This document shows positions 19,901 through 29,154 of a stretch of DNA of 64,000 nucleotides, piece after piece. Under the pieces are notes generated by a model, which was not told the DNA's origin, made no database searches, and saw nothing but the letters and a program-made list of their open reading frames with translations. The DNA lies in the IMG/VR virus record IMGVR_UViG_3300023174_000038, positions 62,001 through 126,000 of that record; one strand, 5' to 3'. The position numbers and the translations under genes were made by a program. How positions within the stretch are numbered: the stretch's first letter is position 1; each line of letters starts with the position of its first letter.

Positions 19901-20228
19901 ATATAACTGTTGTGCCAATATCAGGTTGGCTATTCCACATACCATAGCTGTTTGGATTTTTTATATATTCGCCGTAACCTGTATTTGCACTTGAGGGCGT
20001 TGTTACTCCGTAAAAGGGAGTCATATAACTAACGGTTACCCATGAATTACTATCATCAGGATTTGTACTGCCTAAATCACTGATGTATACTTGCAATCTG
20101 CCTGAACGTACCGGGTCAATATTATCCTTAACAACACCAAATAAAGGAACGCTACGTAGTACGGCTCCTCCTGCATCCGGTTTACTTGCTTTTGTACTAC
20201 CTCTAGGTTTTATTTCATCATATGCCAT
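16956..20228 (-). CDS. Central spike protein (gp5/VgrG-like OB-fold plus beta-helix) with a long Ala/Gly-rich C-terminal extension, 1090 aa
   Basis: GVVKDNIDPVRSGRLQVYI...GMWNSQPDIGTTVICIFINGDPNYGFWIG (gp5 OB-fold) is followed by GHTLVMDDG / GHQILMSDD spike repeats. No lysozyme motif was recognised. Confidence 0.75.
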   Translation of the reverse strand: MAYDEIKPRGSTKASKPDAGGAVLRSVPLFGVVKDNIDPVRSGRLQVYISDLGSTNPDDSNSWVTVSYMTPFYGVTTPSSANTGYGEYIKNPNSYGMWNSQPDIGTTVICIFINGDPNYGFWIGCVPQAEALQMVPAIGGTDNIVANAGEAKGLGGAVRLPVVNLNTNNEGIANSNKFLTDAKPVHSYVASILAQQGLIRDPIRGVIGSSAQREAPSRVGWGVSTPGRPIYEGGFTDETIADAATSGKDTGLKVVARRGGHTLVMDDGDILGRDQLVRIRSSLGHQILMSDDGQTLFIIHANGQSYIELGKEGTIDMYSTNSFNVRTQGDLNLHADNNININAGKALNISADTIAISSEKQTTQKVGTDFSLYTAGAYTTKVDGKMSFASGADASFYSDAITYFNGSKINLNTGSSSLVPQEVKPLPIVAHTDTLNDATKGWLAAPGKLLSIVSRAPAHAPWASANQGVDVKVNNNASAALPAAPSPALAAANANAGAPTTAVTASVAATVPPSAAISAALDKNVTGAMVGQISTLAASGPAAAAVKLGAGIVETAQGAVAAVGAMAQSPAQLEAGGIIKPGAAALVNNLVQGGKTIKQALTPNLFTSGDLNSYVNNPVAQVATQVTTFTQAQSALVSTGLITGKEASLAGVVMSAATAGIQNTVNLVSNAANALTGAVNGAISNVVGAATGALNSVLGSANSLLSAGNFAGNLASTVTGGLSSIATSLTGMAKGAVAGIAGLLDSAKGVAGSAFAAISSALPTLSVGVPQNIKDITEKAQAAAQAPVSNPLSGALGAVTGGLTGALGAVTGGLTGAISGAVGSVTSGITGAIAGVTGAASGLLKTATGITSNLSTGLGALPGGASVVASVVNNAVGAINSVPGVGAVTGLIGQASAITNGIAGLASANPLASSGALSAISGAAGALTKGLDDLKSGKLTLASLASAGLPVGASAQLNAAISAMSSGGSVQIKLPTVAINTTDRSELKSQVTSLLGDAKIPVPNFGGTNEDTYKAGLAKLKDLQAQLQESKEKVTQATDALEKAKQDLPAGDPAIAIAEATAKTEVLAGLNLNKMAAQTLSQIKLNKNIG
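17779..17849. repeat. Perfect 33-nt tandem duplication (2 copies plus 5 nt) encoding GALGAVTGGLT twice
   Basis: gcaccagttaaacctcctgttactgcacccaat occurs at 17779 and 17812. Confidence 0.95.
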
Positions 20229-20231
20229 ATA

Positions 20232-22730
20232 TTATGCTCCGCCCCTTGGTCTTCCTAATAATCTTAATTGAGCATTTGTTGCTACGTTATCTCTTACTCT
20301 GGCAGCTAATGCCGCATTAGCTAATTCTATTTCTCTACCACCTTGATTTGCAGGTTGTTTTGTTGGGTTTACTACGTTATCATCATTAGATTCAGATGAT
20401 GCATTAAGGGCTTTGTTTGTATTGTTGGCACCTGCACCTAAAGTAGCAGCCAATCTAGCTGTTTCAGCGGCCGATTCATTTGGTGCATAAGCATATCTAT
20501 TACCAGCATTTGCTAAACGATTACTTTCTGCGGCTGCTTGATTTGCAGTGTTTTCAAATCTAGTTGATGATGCAATAGGTCTTCCAGCTTCATTATTAGA
20601 TTCTTTAGATACTATATCTGTCATAGGATTTATTCTACATTCTAACTCTTGTGTAAATTTACCTTTTGAAAAACTACTATTAACTTCTATGACCTGATAA
20701 CTTACACCTTTAACCACTGATGAAACTTCTTTTGGGTATTTCCAAAATAATATAGATTGATTTATAGTTAGCAATCCGTCATCATTGTTATAATCTTCTG
20801 CTTCTTTGAAATCTATTTCAATAAATACCTGTCCACCATTTGGATTTATAGTAAATCCTTTTCCATAAAATTGACGATATACTTGATTTGCTGAACTAGG
20901 GCTCTCTTGCATTAAAAAATCAGGGTCACCCATAATAGTAACTTTTGCTGTTGCATATGCACCTGGATCAAATAAACTAGTTAGATAAGAATTTTGTGCT
21001 TCTTTACCTACATCTAATTTACCGGTTCTATCTTCATTTTGTCGTTTGCCGTCTACAGTAGCTATATCTTGACCACCACCTTGACTTGCAGGAGCTCCGG
21101 TTGGATTCAATGCTGCCAAAAAATACGCATTATCTAATTTCTGTTCGTAATTTATTATTTCTGAATTTTTACCAGTAAACCAGTACTCATATCTTTTATG
21201 CGGACCATAATATTTTGTTGTGGTGTTTACATAGGGACTAGTAACATACGGAGTTGCATAGGGTTGTATAACATATGTAATTTCATAAGCAAAATCACCT
21301 GCTACTTTGTCAAACCCTAAACATTTAACTTCAGCACCCAAATTATACCATTTAATGGCATCTGGTTTAGGATCCGGAACATCAGGACCACCTTTGCTAG
21401 CAGGAGGAGGTTGTACAGTTGATTTTATAACTACATTTAATGCATCAGTTAGATAAGAACTTTGTGATATAATTGAACTTACTGCTTGCATTATAGATAT
21501 ATCATTAGCAAAAGTAATAGTCCTACTATTACTATTAGGTGTAGCAGATACAGATACACCTTCATTTACTTGATTAATGTTTTTAGCTACACTCATGGGC
21601 CATGTTGATTTATTTACATCAGCAACACTTACAATTGTTGCGCCGCCTATTTCTGTTTCAGCATTTCCTAAATATCTAATTTTATAAACATTTGGTATAA
21701 TACCATCTGGAGTCTCTGAGTCAACTCTGTTTCGTTGATATTGATTTAATTGATTTACTAAACTGTTTAATACTTGGTCTACTGTATTACCTTGATATCG
21801 TCCGCCACGATCCAGTCTACCATATTTTACTCCATATGCTGTATTAGGGGCAATTGGTGCTGCCATAATATTATATACTGTCATTTTACCATCAAGTTTA
21901 AATTTAAAACTTTTAATTTTGATGTCAAAAAATCTTTCATATACTCCGCCCGAGTCGCCGGTCGTATCCATTTTATCTTGATTGTATGTTGTGTCAGAAG
22001 AAATTTCTTTTCCGTTTTCATCGTAACCTTGAAATCTAATGCCTAATATAAAAAATTGTCTACCGGCATTAGATAAATCGTTATAATTTTTTAACTTACT
22101 TTTATTTCGTAATATCTGTGCCGCATTTGTTATTTTTGATATAAATGAAAATCCATATGGTTCATAAATGTTAAAAGAAATTTCGCTATCATTGGATGCT
22201 GTGCTAGTAGCAGGGCCTGCTGTCTTTGTTTTAATTTTTAAATCATCTATATAAAAATCATAATCAAATGCACGTTTACTTGTTTTATTGTTTATACCAC
22301 CACTTTGTGCTATGATATATGCACCTGACATACTGTTTTCAACTTCAGTTGCTACTTGTGGATTAGCCGCATTATTAATAGCATTAATGTTATTTCTACC
22401 AGACCGAATAAATGCATCATACGCATCAGGTGTTATCATGTATAGTGTAAGTTGATAAGTGTAACTTGATAAGCTTCCTAATGGGTTTTGCGGGCGCATA
22501 CCAGGCTTTTGACTATCCGGTGCCGCTTGTTGTGCGGCTACTTGTGCTGATTTTGGTCTGTCTGCCGTAATAACTATTTCTGGTACATCAGACAAGTTAC
22601 CAGATGGATTAGGATTTGCTTCTGCTTGACCTTCTTTGTTTGCCCCGCTATCACCATCAGCTTCTCTAGTAAGATTATTTGGATTAGTTTTGTTTTCTAT
22701 TGCAGGTGGAATTGGTTCTTCAATGGCCAT
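20232..22730 (-). CDS. Baseplate hub protein (gp27/tail protein D-like), 832 aa
   Basis: Position between the gp53-like gene and the spike gene. C-terminal ATAKVTIMGDPDFL...YQVIEVNSSFSKGKFTQELEC resembles hub/gpD proteins. Confidence 0.6.
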   Translation of the reverse strand: MAIEEPIPPAIENKTNPNNLTREADGDSGANKEGQAEANPNPSGNLSDVPEIVITADRPKSAQVAAQQAAPDSQKPGMRPQNPLGSLSSYTYQLTLYMITPDAYDAFIRSGRNNINAINNAANPQVATEVENSMSGAYIIAQSGGINNKTSKRAFDYDFYIDDLKIKTKTAGPATSTASNDSEISFNIYEPYGFSFISKITNAAQILRNKSKLKNYNDLSNAGRQFFILGIRFQGYDENGKEISSDTTYNQDKMDTTGDSGGVYERFFDIKIKSFKFKLDGKMTVYNIMAAPIAPNTAYGVKYGRLDRGGRYQGNTVDQVLNSLVNQLNQYQRNRVDSETPDGIIPNVYKIRYLGNAETEIGGATIVSVADVNKSTWPMSVAKNINQVNEGVSVSATPNSNSRTITFANDISIMQAVSSIISQSSYLTDALNVVIKSTVQPPPASKGGPDVPDPKPDAIKWYNLGAEVKCLGFDKVAGDFAYEITYVIQPYATPYVTSPYVNTTTKYYGPHKRYEYWFTGKNSEIINYEQKLDNAYFLAALNPTGAPASQGGGQDIATVDGKRQNEDRTGKLDVGKEAQNSYLTSLFDPGAYATAKVTIMGDPDFLMQESPSSANQVYRQFYGKGFTINPNGGQVFIEIDFKEAEDYNNDDGLLTINQSILFWKYPKEVSSVVKGVSYQVIEVNSSFSKGKFTQELECRINPMTDIVSKESNNEAGRPIASSTRFENTANQAAAESNRLANAGNRYAYAPNESAAETARLAATLGAGANNTNKALNASSESNDDNVVNPTKQPANQGGREIELANAALAARVRDNVATNAQLRLLGRPRGGA

Positions 22731-23042
22731 TTATAGTCCCAATAATTGTTTTAAGAAATCTGCTTTAGGCAAATATATACCCACACCAGCAACAAAATCA
22801 AAATAAGGATCTTTTAATCTGTTTGGATTTCGTTGAGCAAATACCCACCACAATCTACTATCAGCATATAAATCATATGCTAACATATCTGGACGATATT
22901 CATATACTAATGTAATCTCCCAATATATATCAGAAGGCTGTTTAAGTATAGGCCTATCTACCATTATATCTAAAAACTTACTATTAACTACATCAGTAGC
23001 ATAGTACGGACTTGTTGCCGGATAAAGTGCATTGTTTGACAT
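22731..23042 (-). CDS. Small baseplate wedge protein (gp53/tail-X, LysM-like), 103 aa
   Basis: YEYRPDMLAYDLYADSRLWWVFAQRNP is typical of gp53-like proteins. The ATG at 23042 overlaps the upstream TAA (TAATG). Confidence 0.75.
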   Translation of the reverse strand: MSNNALYPATSPYYATDVVNSKFLDIMVDRPILKQPSDIYWEITLVYEYRPDMLAYDLYADSRLWWVFAQRNPNRLKDPYFDFVAGVGIYLPKADFLKQLLGL

Positions 23043-24388
23043 TACCAAATTCCTCCGCCACTGCGTTTACTACCCTGTAGTAATTTGCCAGTAGCATATT
23101 CTCTTAAACTAAATGTATTACTTATATCATTACGTGTTACAATTGGATATGCAACTAATGATATTGATATTTTTGTAGGTACATATGTAGGTTGAGTGTT
23201 TGATTGCTTTTGCCAATTAGGAGCACTTTCAGTACCGCCAAAATTTAAACCATTAACTTGTAATCTACGACATGATACCCCGTCATCTGCTATTACATCA
23301 TTACCACTATCATAACCAGTTGAATTAACACCAGATAATAATGTTGGACTGGCTGCTCTTATATAGTCTACATCATTTGGTAAATTATAATTAAATGAAG
23401 ATATTACTAAAGGATGTCTATCAAATTGAAACTCTCCCATACCTGATAGGTAACATAATGGGGGAGGCGTACCTGGTTTAGGTATTTGATCTTGGCCATA
23501 AAACATCTTGGTAACTGACCTAAAGAAATGTATTACTGCTAACATATAATTTGCTTCATCATTATCTTGTGCAGTAAAATCACAGTTAATACTAATTTGG
23601 TCTATACTACTATTCTTATATTGGAATATTTTGTAATTGCTATGTGTTAATTCACCAGCATCATAATGAGCGGCATACGTAACTTGTATCTGTGGGACAT
23701 ATGGAAAAATTACACCATCTGTTTTTACTAAGGGTTTTAATATACCCGGATCTTGTGCTTTATATAAATATCCTGCACTTGGTGCTAAACTTAGTCGTAC
23801 ACGCCAATCACCCTGTGTCTTTGCATTCTCAGCATCTTGTGTAATCTGTTGTGCTCTGGCATTATTAACTGATCCTTGTAAACCTTGCATTCCACCATAC
23901 GCACCTATTATATCTTGTTCGGTTCTACCTGTTGTTTCATCATATCGTTTACCAGCTTCTAATCTTGCAGCCTCAAACGGATCTTCATCTCCTACTGTAG
24001 TAGGTTCATAATGTTCAATATTACTATCACCTGCAGGGTTATTAAAATCATTACTTGCAACAGTAGATTGCGGAACAACTAATTGATTATATAAATCTCC
24101 TGTTTCCGGATTCACTGCAACTACTGTAGGTGGTGCAGGATTTTGAACTACGGGAGGAGTTGGGGTAGGAGCAGGCTGAACTGCCGGAGTTGATGCGGCT
24201 GTTATTTTAGCTTCTACTGTAGCAATATTTTCATTTAATACAACAACTTCTGCCTTTAATTTTGCAATATAGGCAGCATTCATTTGGTAATTAGGATTAA
24301 TATTAGCTAGGCTCTGGAGTTTTATCCTCAACGACTCTTTGAGGGCTGCTAGCTCTGCGGTTAATGCGCCTATATTAGCTGTTGACAT
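23042..24388 (-). CDS. Baseplate-tube junction / tube initiator protein (gp48/gp54-like), 448 aa
   Basis: C-terminal tube-like domain GVIFPYVPQIQVTY...FTAQDNDEANYMLAVIHFFRSVTKMFYG...GTPPPLCYLSG. The N-terminal part is a coiled coil plus a Pro-rich linker. Function assigned from context. Confidence 0.6.
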   Translation of the reverse strand: MSTANIGALTAELAALKESLRIKLQSLANINPNYQMNAAYIAKLKAEVVVLNENIATVEAKITAASTPAVQPAPTPTPPVVQNPAPPTVVAVNPETGDLYNQLVVPQSTVASNDFNNPAGDSNIEHYEPTTVGDEDPFEAARLEAGKRYDETTGRTEQDIIGAYGGMQGLQGSVNNARAQQITQDAENAKTQGDWRVRLSLAPSAGYLYKAQDPGILKPLVKTDGVIFPYVPQIQVTYAAHYDAGELTHSNYKIFQYKNSSIDQISINCDFTAQDNDEANYMLAVIHFFRSVTKMFYGQDQIPKPGTPPPLCYLSGMGEFQFDRHPLVISSFNYNLPNDVDYIRAASPTLLSGVNSTGYDSGNDVIADDGVSCRRLQVNGLNFGGTESAPNWQKQSNTQPTYVPTKISISLVAYPIVTRNDISNTFSLREYATGKLLQGSKRSGGGIW

Positions 24389-24411
24389 GGTGTTATACCT
24401 TTACTAAATAG

Positions 24412-24418
24412 TATTTAT
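24412..24418 (-). promoter_or_regulatory. T4-type late promoter (ATAAATA) for the baseplate operon
   Basis: Plus-strand TATTTAT lies 23 nt upstream of the ATG at 24388. The same motif occurs at 16467-16473 (-), 35354, 39613, 40608, 43571 and 55899 (+). Confidence 0.65.
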
Positions 24419-24452
24419 CGCTATAAAATTTACCCTTTTTTCTATATTGCTG

Positions 24453-24481
24453 TTGCTTTTCAACAACAAAAGTGTTACAAT
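24453..24481 (+). promoter_or_regulatory. Sigma70-like early/middle promoter
   Basis: TTGCTT-17 nt-TACAAT upstream of the sigma factor gene. Confidence 0.65.
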
Positions 24482-24505
24482 ATATAAAAACATAACAAGG
24501 AAACT

Positions 24506-25417
24506 ATGTCTCTACTACCCGCACCACGCAAACCCGTCAACTATCTCAATAATAAAGATATTCTAAAAGAAATACATGAAAGTAAAAACGCATACTGCTG
24601 TTTTACTAAACCAGAATATCATCGTTATGACTTCATAGTAGATATGCCCCAAGCACCAATTGATGAAAGTCTTGCATATGCGTTTAAACCTGAAACAATT
24701 CAACAAGCAAAAGAAACCCGTGCATTACGTCTTAGTTTGGAACAAGGTAGTAAAGATAGTGTTTCCCCTGAATCAATTCTATTAACAGATTTAGTATTCC
24801 GTGTAATGAATTGGGATCACGTTCCTGTTGCACCAAAACAACCCCGCAAAACAGTTAAAAAGAAAACAGCAAAAGATATCTTTGAGTTTGAGGAACCAAA
24901 TCCAGATGAAATTTTTGCCGACCTAGAAGATAATACAACCAAAGCTGAAGTAGATGACATGGTTCATGTTAAAGTTAATTTTCCCCCATTCCAACATTAT
25001 AAAATTGATGAAAATAATACATTCTATTGTGTGGGTAAAAGTCATTGGGAAGGTGATCTAGTTACTGGTTCTTTTAATAAAGAACATGGTAAAATTACAA
25101 ATAAACTTGCCCGTATGTATATTATGATGTGCGAAAAATATGCAATGAAATATAATTGGCGTGGTTATACCTACAACGATGAGATGCGTAATTCAGCTAT
25201 CCTTCAATTAACATATGTTGGTCTACGATTCAATGAAGCTAAATCAGCAAATCCATTTGCTTATTACACGGCTGCTATCACAAATAGTTTCTGTCGTGTA
25301 TTGAATACAGAAAAGCGCAATCAAAACATTAGAGATGACATACTAGAAATCAACGGATTAAATCCAAGTTGGAGTCGTCAAGGCTCTGGGTCAAGCAGTA
25401 CAGTTTACGAAGAATAA
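24506..25417 (+). CDS. gp55: Late-transcription sigma factor (T4 gp55-like), 303 aa
   Basis: N-terminal YLNNKDILKEI and C-terminal GYTYNDEMRNSAILQL...FNEAKSANPFAYYTAAITNSFCRVLNTEKRNQ; lies upstream of gp47/gp46 as in T4-like phages. Confidence 0.85.
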   Translation: MSLLPAPRKPVNYLNNKDILKEIHESKNAYCCFTKPEYHRYDFIVDMPQAPIDESLAYAFKPETIQQAKETRALRLSLEQGSKDSVSPESILLTDLVFRVMNWDHVPVAPKQPRKTVKKKTAKDIFEFEEPNPDEIFADLEDNTTKAEVDDMVHVKVNFPPFQHYKIDENNTFYCVGKSHWEGDLVTGSFNKEHGKITNKLARMYIMMCEKYAMKYNWRGYTYNDEMRNSAILQLTYVGLRFNEAKSANPFAYYTAAITNSFCRVLNTEKRNQNIRDDILEINGLNPSWSRQGSGSSSTVYEE

Positions 25418-25431
25418 TTTGTCCAATGGCA

Positions 25432-25460
25432 TTGCTTTGTAGTGCCATATCCTATATAAT
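25432..25460 (+). promoter_or_regulatory. Sigma70-like promoter
   Basis: TTGCTT-17 nt-TATAAT ending 6 nt before the gp47 ATG. Confidence 0.65.
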
Positions 25461-25466
25461 AAACAC

Positions 25467-26480
25467 ATGAGTAACCTTTTCAAAAAAGCCGCTGTTTTTA
25501 CCGACATTCACTTTGGCCTTAAGTCAAACAGCCTACAACATAATCAAGACTGTGCCAATTTCGTAGATTGGTTCATCACTAAAGCAAAAAGTGAGGGATG
25601 TGAAACTTGTTTCTTCTTAGGTGATTATAATCATCATAGGGCAAGTATTAACATTCATACACTACAATTTGGCTTACAGGCATTAGAAAAATTAAGTGCA
25701 GCCTTTGATAGAGTTTTCTTTATCCCAGGTAATCATGATTTATATTATCGTGATCGCCGTGACATTCATAGTGTTGAATGGGCTAAACATCTACCTAATC
25801 TTACAATCGTTAACGATTTCTTTAGTGAGGGTGATGTAACTATTGCACCATGGCTTGTACAAGATGATTACAAAAAATTAAAAAAACTAAGTGGCAAATA
25901 TATGTTTGGTCATTTTGAATTACCTCACTTCTACATGAATGCTATGATAGAGATGCCCGATCATGGTGAACTCAATAGTGAACATTTAAATGGATTTGAC
26001 AAAGTGTTCAGTGGTCATTTCCATAAACGTCAAAGTAAAAAGAATGTATGGTATATTGGTAACGCTTTCCCACATAACTATGCTGATGCAGGTGATGATG
26101 CTCGTGGCATGATGGTACTTGAATGGAATCAAGACCCGCAATTTTTTAGTTGGCCAAGACAACCACTATATCGTGTATATAAGCTAAGTGATGTACTAGA
26201 AAACCCTGAGGGCTTGCTATTAATTGACAGTCATGTTAGAGTACATCTTGACATTGATATTAGCTATGAAGAAGCTAACTTTATTCGTGAAACATTAATC
26301 CCAGAACATAAACTAAGAGAAATGGCATTGATACCTATTAAAGCAGAACAAACAGAGATAGCTGGTTCAGATGGATTACGATTTGAAAGTGTTGACCAAA
26401 TCGTCATTGACCAAATTAATTCTATTGAATCAAATACATTTGACAAAAAACTATTGTTGGACATTTATAATAACCTATGA
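25467..26480 (+). CDS. gp47: Recombination nuclease subunit (gp47/Mre11/SbcD metallophosphoesterase), 337 aa
   Basis: Motifs TDIHFG, LGDYNH, PGNHD, FGHFE and SGHFH. Confidence 0.93.
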   Translation: MSNLFKKAAVFTDIHFGLKSNSLQHNQDCANFVDWFITKAKSEGCETCFFLGDYNHHRASINIHTLQFGLQALEKLSAAFDRVFFIPGNHDLYYRDRRDIHSVEWAKHLPNLTIVNDFFSEGDVTIAPWLVQDDYKKLKKLSGKYMFGHFELPHFYMNAMIEMPDHGELNSEHLNGFDKVFSGHFHKRQSKKNVWYIGNAFPHNYADAGDDARGMMVLEWNQDPQFFSWPRQPLYRVYKLSDVLENPEGLLLIDSHVRVHLDIDISYEEANFIRETLIPEHKLREMALIPIKAEQTEIAGSDGLRFESVDQIVIDQINSIESNTFDKKLLLDIYNNL

Positions 26481-28552
26481 GCATTACCCTTAAGAATATT
26501 ACCCTTCGCAATTTCCTTTCAATTGGACAAATAACACAAGCAGTTTGTTTTGACAGACAAGACTTAACACTTATTCTAGGTGAGAACTTAGACTTAGGTG
26601 GTGATGGTGCTCGTAATGGTACAGGTAAGACTACTCTGATTCAGGGTTTATCCTATGCCCTGTTCGGTGTACCAATCAATAGCATTCGTAAAGATAACCT
26701 AGTTAATCGTACTAATGGCAAAAACATGATGGTTACACTAGAGTTTAGTGTAGATGGTATTGAATATAAGATTGAACGAGGTCGCAAACCTAATATACTA
26801 CGATTCTATGTAAACAACGATTTACAAAAGAATACAGACGATGCACAGGGAGAGAATAAAGAAACACAAGTAGCTATTGAAAATGTTATTCACATGAGTG
26901 CCGATATGTTCAAACATATTGTTGTGTTGAATACTTATAGTGAGCCGTTCTTGGCACTAAAAACTAATGACCAACGTGCTATTATTGAGCAATTGCTTGG
27001 TATTACTTTGTTAAGTGAAAAGGCTGAGGTCATTAAGAACATGATCCGTGATAGCAAAGATAGTATTCAACAAGAAGAATATCGTGTTAAGGGCATTGAA
27101 GAAGCTAACAAACGTGTAGCTGAACAGATTGAGGCTTTAAAGCGTAGACAGAAGTTATGGAAAGCAAAGCATGATGAGGATTTGACTAGTTTAGCATTAC
27201 AGTATGATGAACTAAGCAAGATTGATATTTCCGTTGAGCTTCAAGCACATAAAGATTTAAATGTTTGGAATAAACAGAAAGAGGCACAAGACACATACAA
27301 TGCGTTAGTTGCACGTTCAACTGCTTGGCAACAAAAACATGACACAGATGTTTCAATAGCGCATAAGGCTTACTCACTTAAAAATGAGTACGATATTGAA
27401 GCTGAACTTAAGTCATGGAATGATTTAAAAGATTGGCTACATAATGAAGCAGAACAAAAATCTATAGCAACAATAATTGATACCCTAACCAAAAATATCA
27501 CAAAAGAAAAAAAATTAATTGATAAATTGGTTCGGGAAGTTAAAGAACTTGAAGATCATAAGTGTTATGCTTGTGGTCAAGACTTCCATGACGATAAGCA
27601 TTTAGAAGTTACATTAGAAAAGACTACACTACTTGAGAACGCACGTGCTGAATTAGTTCATTTTGAAACACAATTAGCAATCAATGAATCATTGGTTAGT
27701 GTATTAGGTGCTAAGCCTACTCCATCATATAAAACAGAAGCGGAAGCTATTCGTCATAGTGGTGATGTAGCTAACTTAAAGAAAGTATGGGAAAATAAGA
27801 AACAAGAATCTAATCCATTTAGTGAACAACTAAATGAACTGACTCCGTTAGTGTTAGGTCCTCAACCTATCACTCATTATGATACAGAAGCAGAAGCAAT
27901 TAAACATTCAAGTGAGGTTGCTAATGTTGTTAAGCAGATTGATAATAAGTCACAAGATACTGATCCATATGCTGAACAAGTAGTTGAAATGGAAACAAAA
28001 GCATTACAAGCAATTGACTTTGAAGCTATTAACAAGTTAACACGTACAATGGAACATCAAAAGTTCCTGTTAGATTTGTTAGTTAGCAAAGACAGTTTTG
28101 TTCGTAAGAAGATTATTGACCAAAACTTAAGTTACTTAAATCAACGATTGACACATTACTTAGATAAGATTGGTTTACCCCATCAAGTTATATTTCAGAA
28201 TGATTTGCAAGTTGAGATTACCGAGCTCGGGCGTGAACTTGACTTTGATAACTTGTCAAGGGGTGAACGGAATAGATTGATTCTTGGTTTAAGTTTTGCG
28301 TTTAGAGATGTATGGGAATCGTTGTATCGCCCAATCAATACATTGTTTATTGATGAGTTGATTGATAGTGGGCTTGACACGATGGGTGTTGAGAATGCTA
28401 TTGCTATTCTTAAAGATATGAGCCGACGTAGACAAAAAAGTATTTGGCTTGTAAGTCACCGTGAAGAATTAGCCGGGCGTGTGCCTAGTGTTCTTAAAGT
28501 AATTAAAGAAAACGGTTTTACCTCATACTCAACCGCAGTTGACACAGAATAA
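26477..28552 (+). CDS. gp46: Recombination ATPase (gp46/Rad50/SbcC), 691 aa
   Basis: Walker A RNGTGKT, zinc hook CYAC, signature LSRGE, Walker B LFIDE, H-loop VSH. ATGA overlap with gp47. Confidence 0.93.
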   Translation: MSITLKNITLRNFLSIGQITQAVCFDRQDLTLILGENLDLGGDGARNGTGKTTLIQGLSYALFGVPINSIRKDNLVNRTNGKNMMVTLEFSVDGIEYKIERGRKPNILRFYVNNDLQKNTDDAQGENKETQVAIENVIHMSADMFKHIVVLNTYSEPFLALKTNDQRAIIEQLLGITLLSEKAEVIKNMIRDSKDSIQQEEYRVKGIEEANKRVAEQIEALKRRQKLWKAKHDEDLTSLALQYDELSKIDISVELQAHKDLNVWNKQKEAQDTYNALVARSTAWQQKHDTDVSIAHKAYSLKNEYDIEAELKSWNDLKDWLHNEAEQKSIATIIDTLTKNITKEKKLIDKLVREVKELEDHKCYACGQDFHDDKHLEVTLEKTTLLENARAELVHFETQLAINESLVSVLGAKPTPSYKTEAEAIRHSGDVANLKKVWENKKQESNPFSEQLNELTPLVLGPQPITHYDTEAEAIKHSSEVANVVKQIDNKSQDTDPYAEQVVEMETKALQAIDFEAINKLTRTMEHQKFLLDLLVSKDSFVRKKIIDQNLSYLNQRLTHYLDKIGLPHQVIFQNDLQVEITELGRELDFDNLSRGERNRLILGLSFAFRDVWESLYRPINTLFIDELIDSGLDTMGVENAIAILKDMSRRRQKSIWLVSHREELAGRVPSVLKVIKENGFTSYSTAVDTE

Positions 28553-28586
28553 TTTCAAATAGACACAGAGACAGATAAGTATTAAC

Positions 28587-29141
28587 ATGACATCACCACA
28601 GAAAGCAAAAGGATCAGGATTTGAGAGAGAAGTTGCAAAGTTTCTTTCTGACCTATATGGCGAAAGCTTTATAAGAGCACCTGGATCCGGAGCTTATATT
28701 GGTGGTAAAAATCAACATAGAACCGCAGTATTACATGAGGGACAAGTACGTTCTTTCAAAGGTGATATTGTACCCGGTCAAAGTTTCAGTAAAATGAATA
28801 TTGAATGTAAGTTCTATGCAGATTTTCCTTTTCACTTACTACTTTCAGGCGACTGTAAAGTAATAAATACATGGATTGAACAATTAATAGATGTTGCCGA
28901 AGACGGTGATGTAAATTTATTGTTTATGAAGTTTAATAGAAAAGGTCGTTATGTTGCCGTGCAATGCGGCTCAACATGGATAACAGACAATTTTGTCTAT
29001 TATTCGTCAAGCAAGTTTGGCGATTGGTTAATCGTTGAATTTGATGACTTTTTTCAACACAACAGTACATTATTAAAAAACTATTCAGGTACACCAGACA
29101 CCACGTCAAACCCAACTGTTATAAGTATCCCAACAACATAA
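28587..29141 (+). CDS. Holliday junction resolvase (Hjc-like PD-(D/E)XK nuclease), 184 aa
   Basis: KAKGSGFEREVA...GDIV...IECK motif pattern. Confidence 0.75.
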   Translation: MTSPQKAKGSGFEREVAKFLSDLYGESFIRAPGSGAYIGGKNQHRTAVLHEGQVRSFKGDIVPGQSFSKMNIECKFYADFPFHLLLSGDCKVINTWIEQLIDVAEDGDVNLLFMKFNRKGRYVAVQCGSTWITDNFVYYSSSKFGDWLIVEFDDFFQHNSTLLKNYSGTPDTTSNPTVISIPTT

Positions 29142-29154
29142 TCAAATAAAAATT

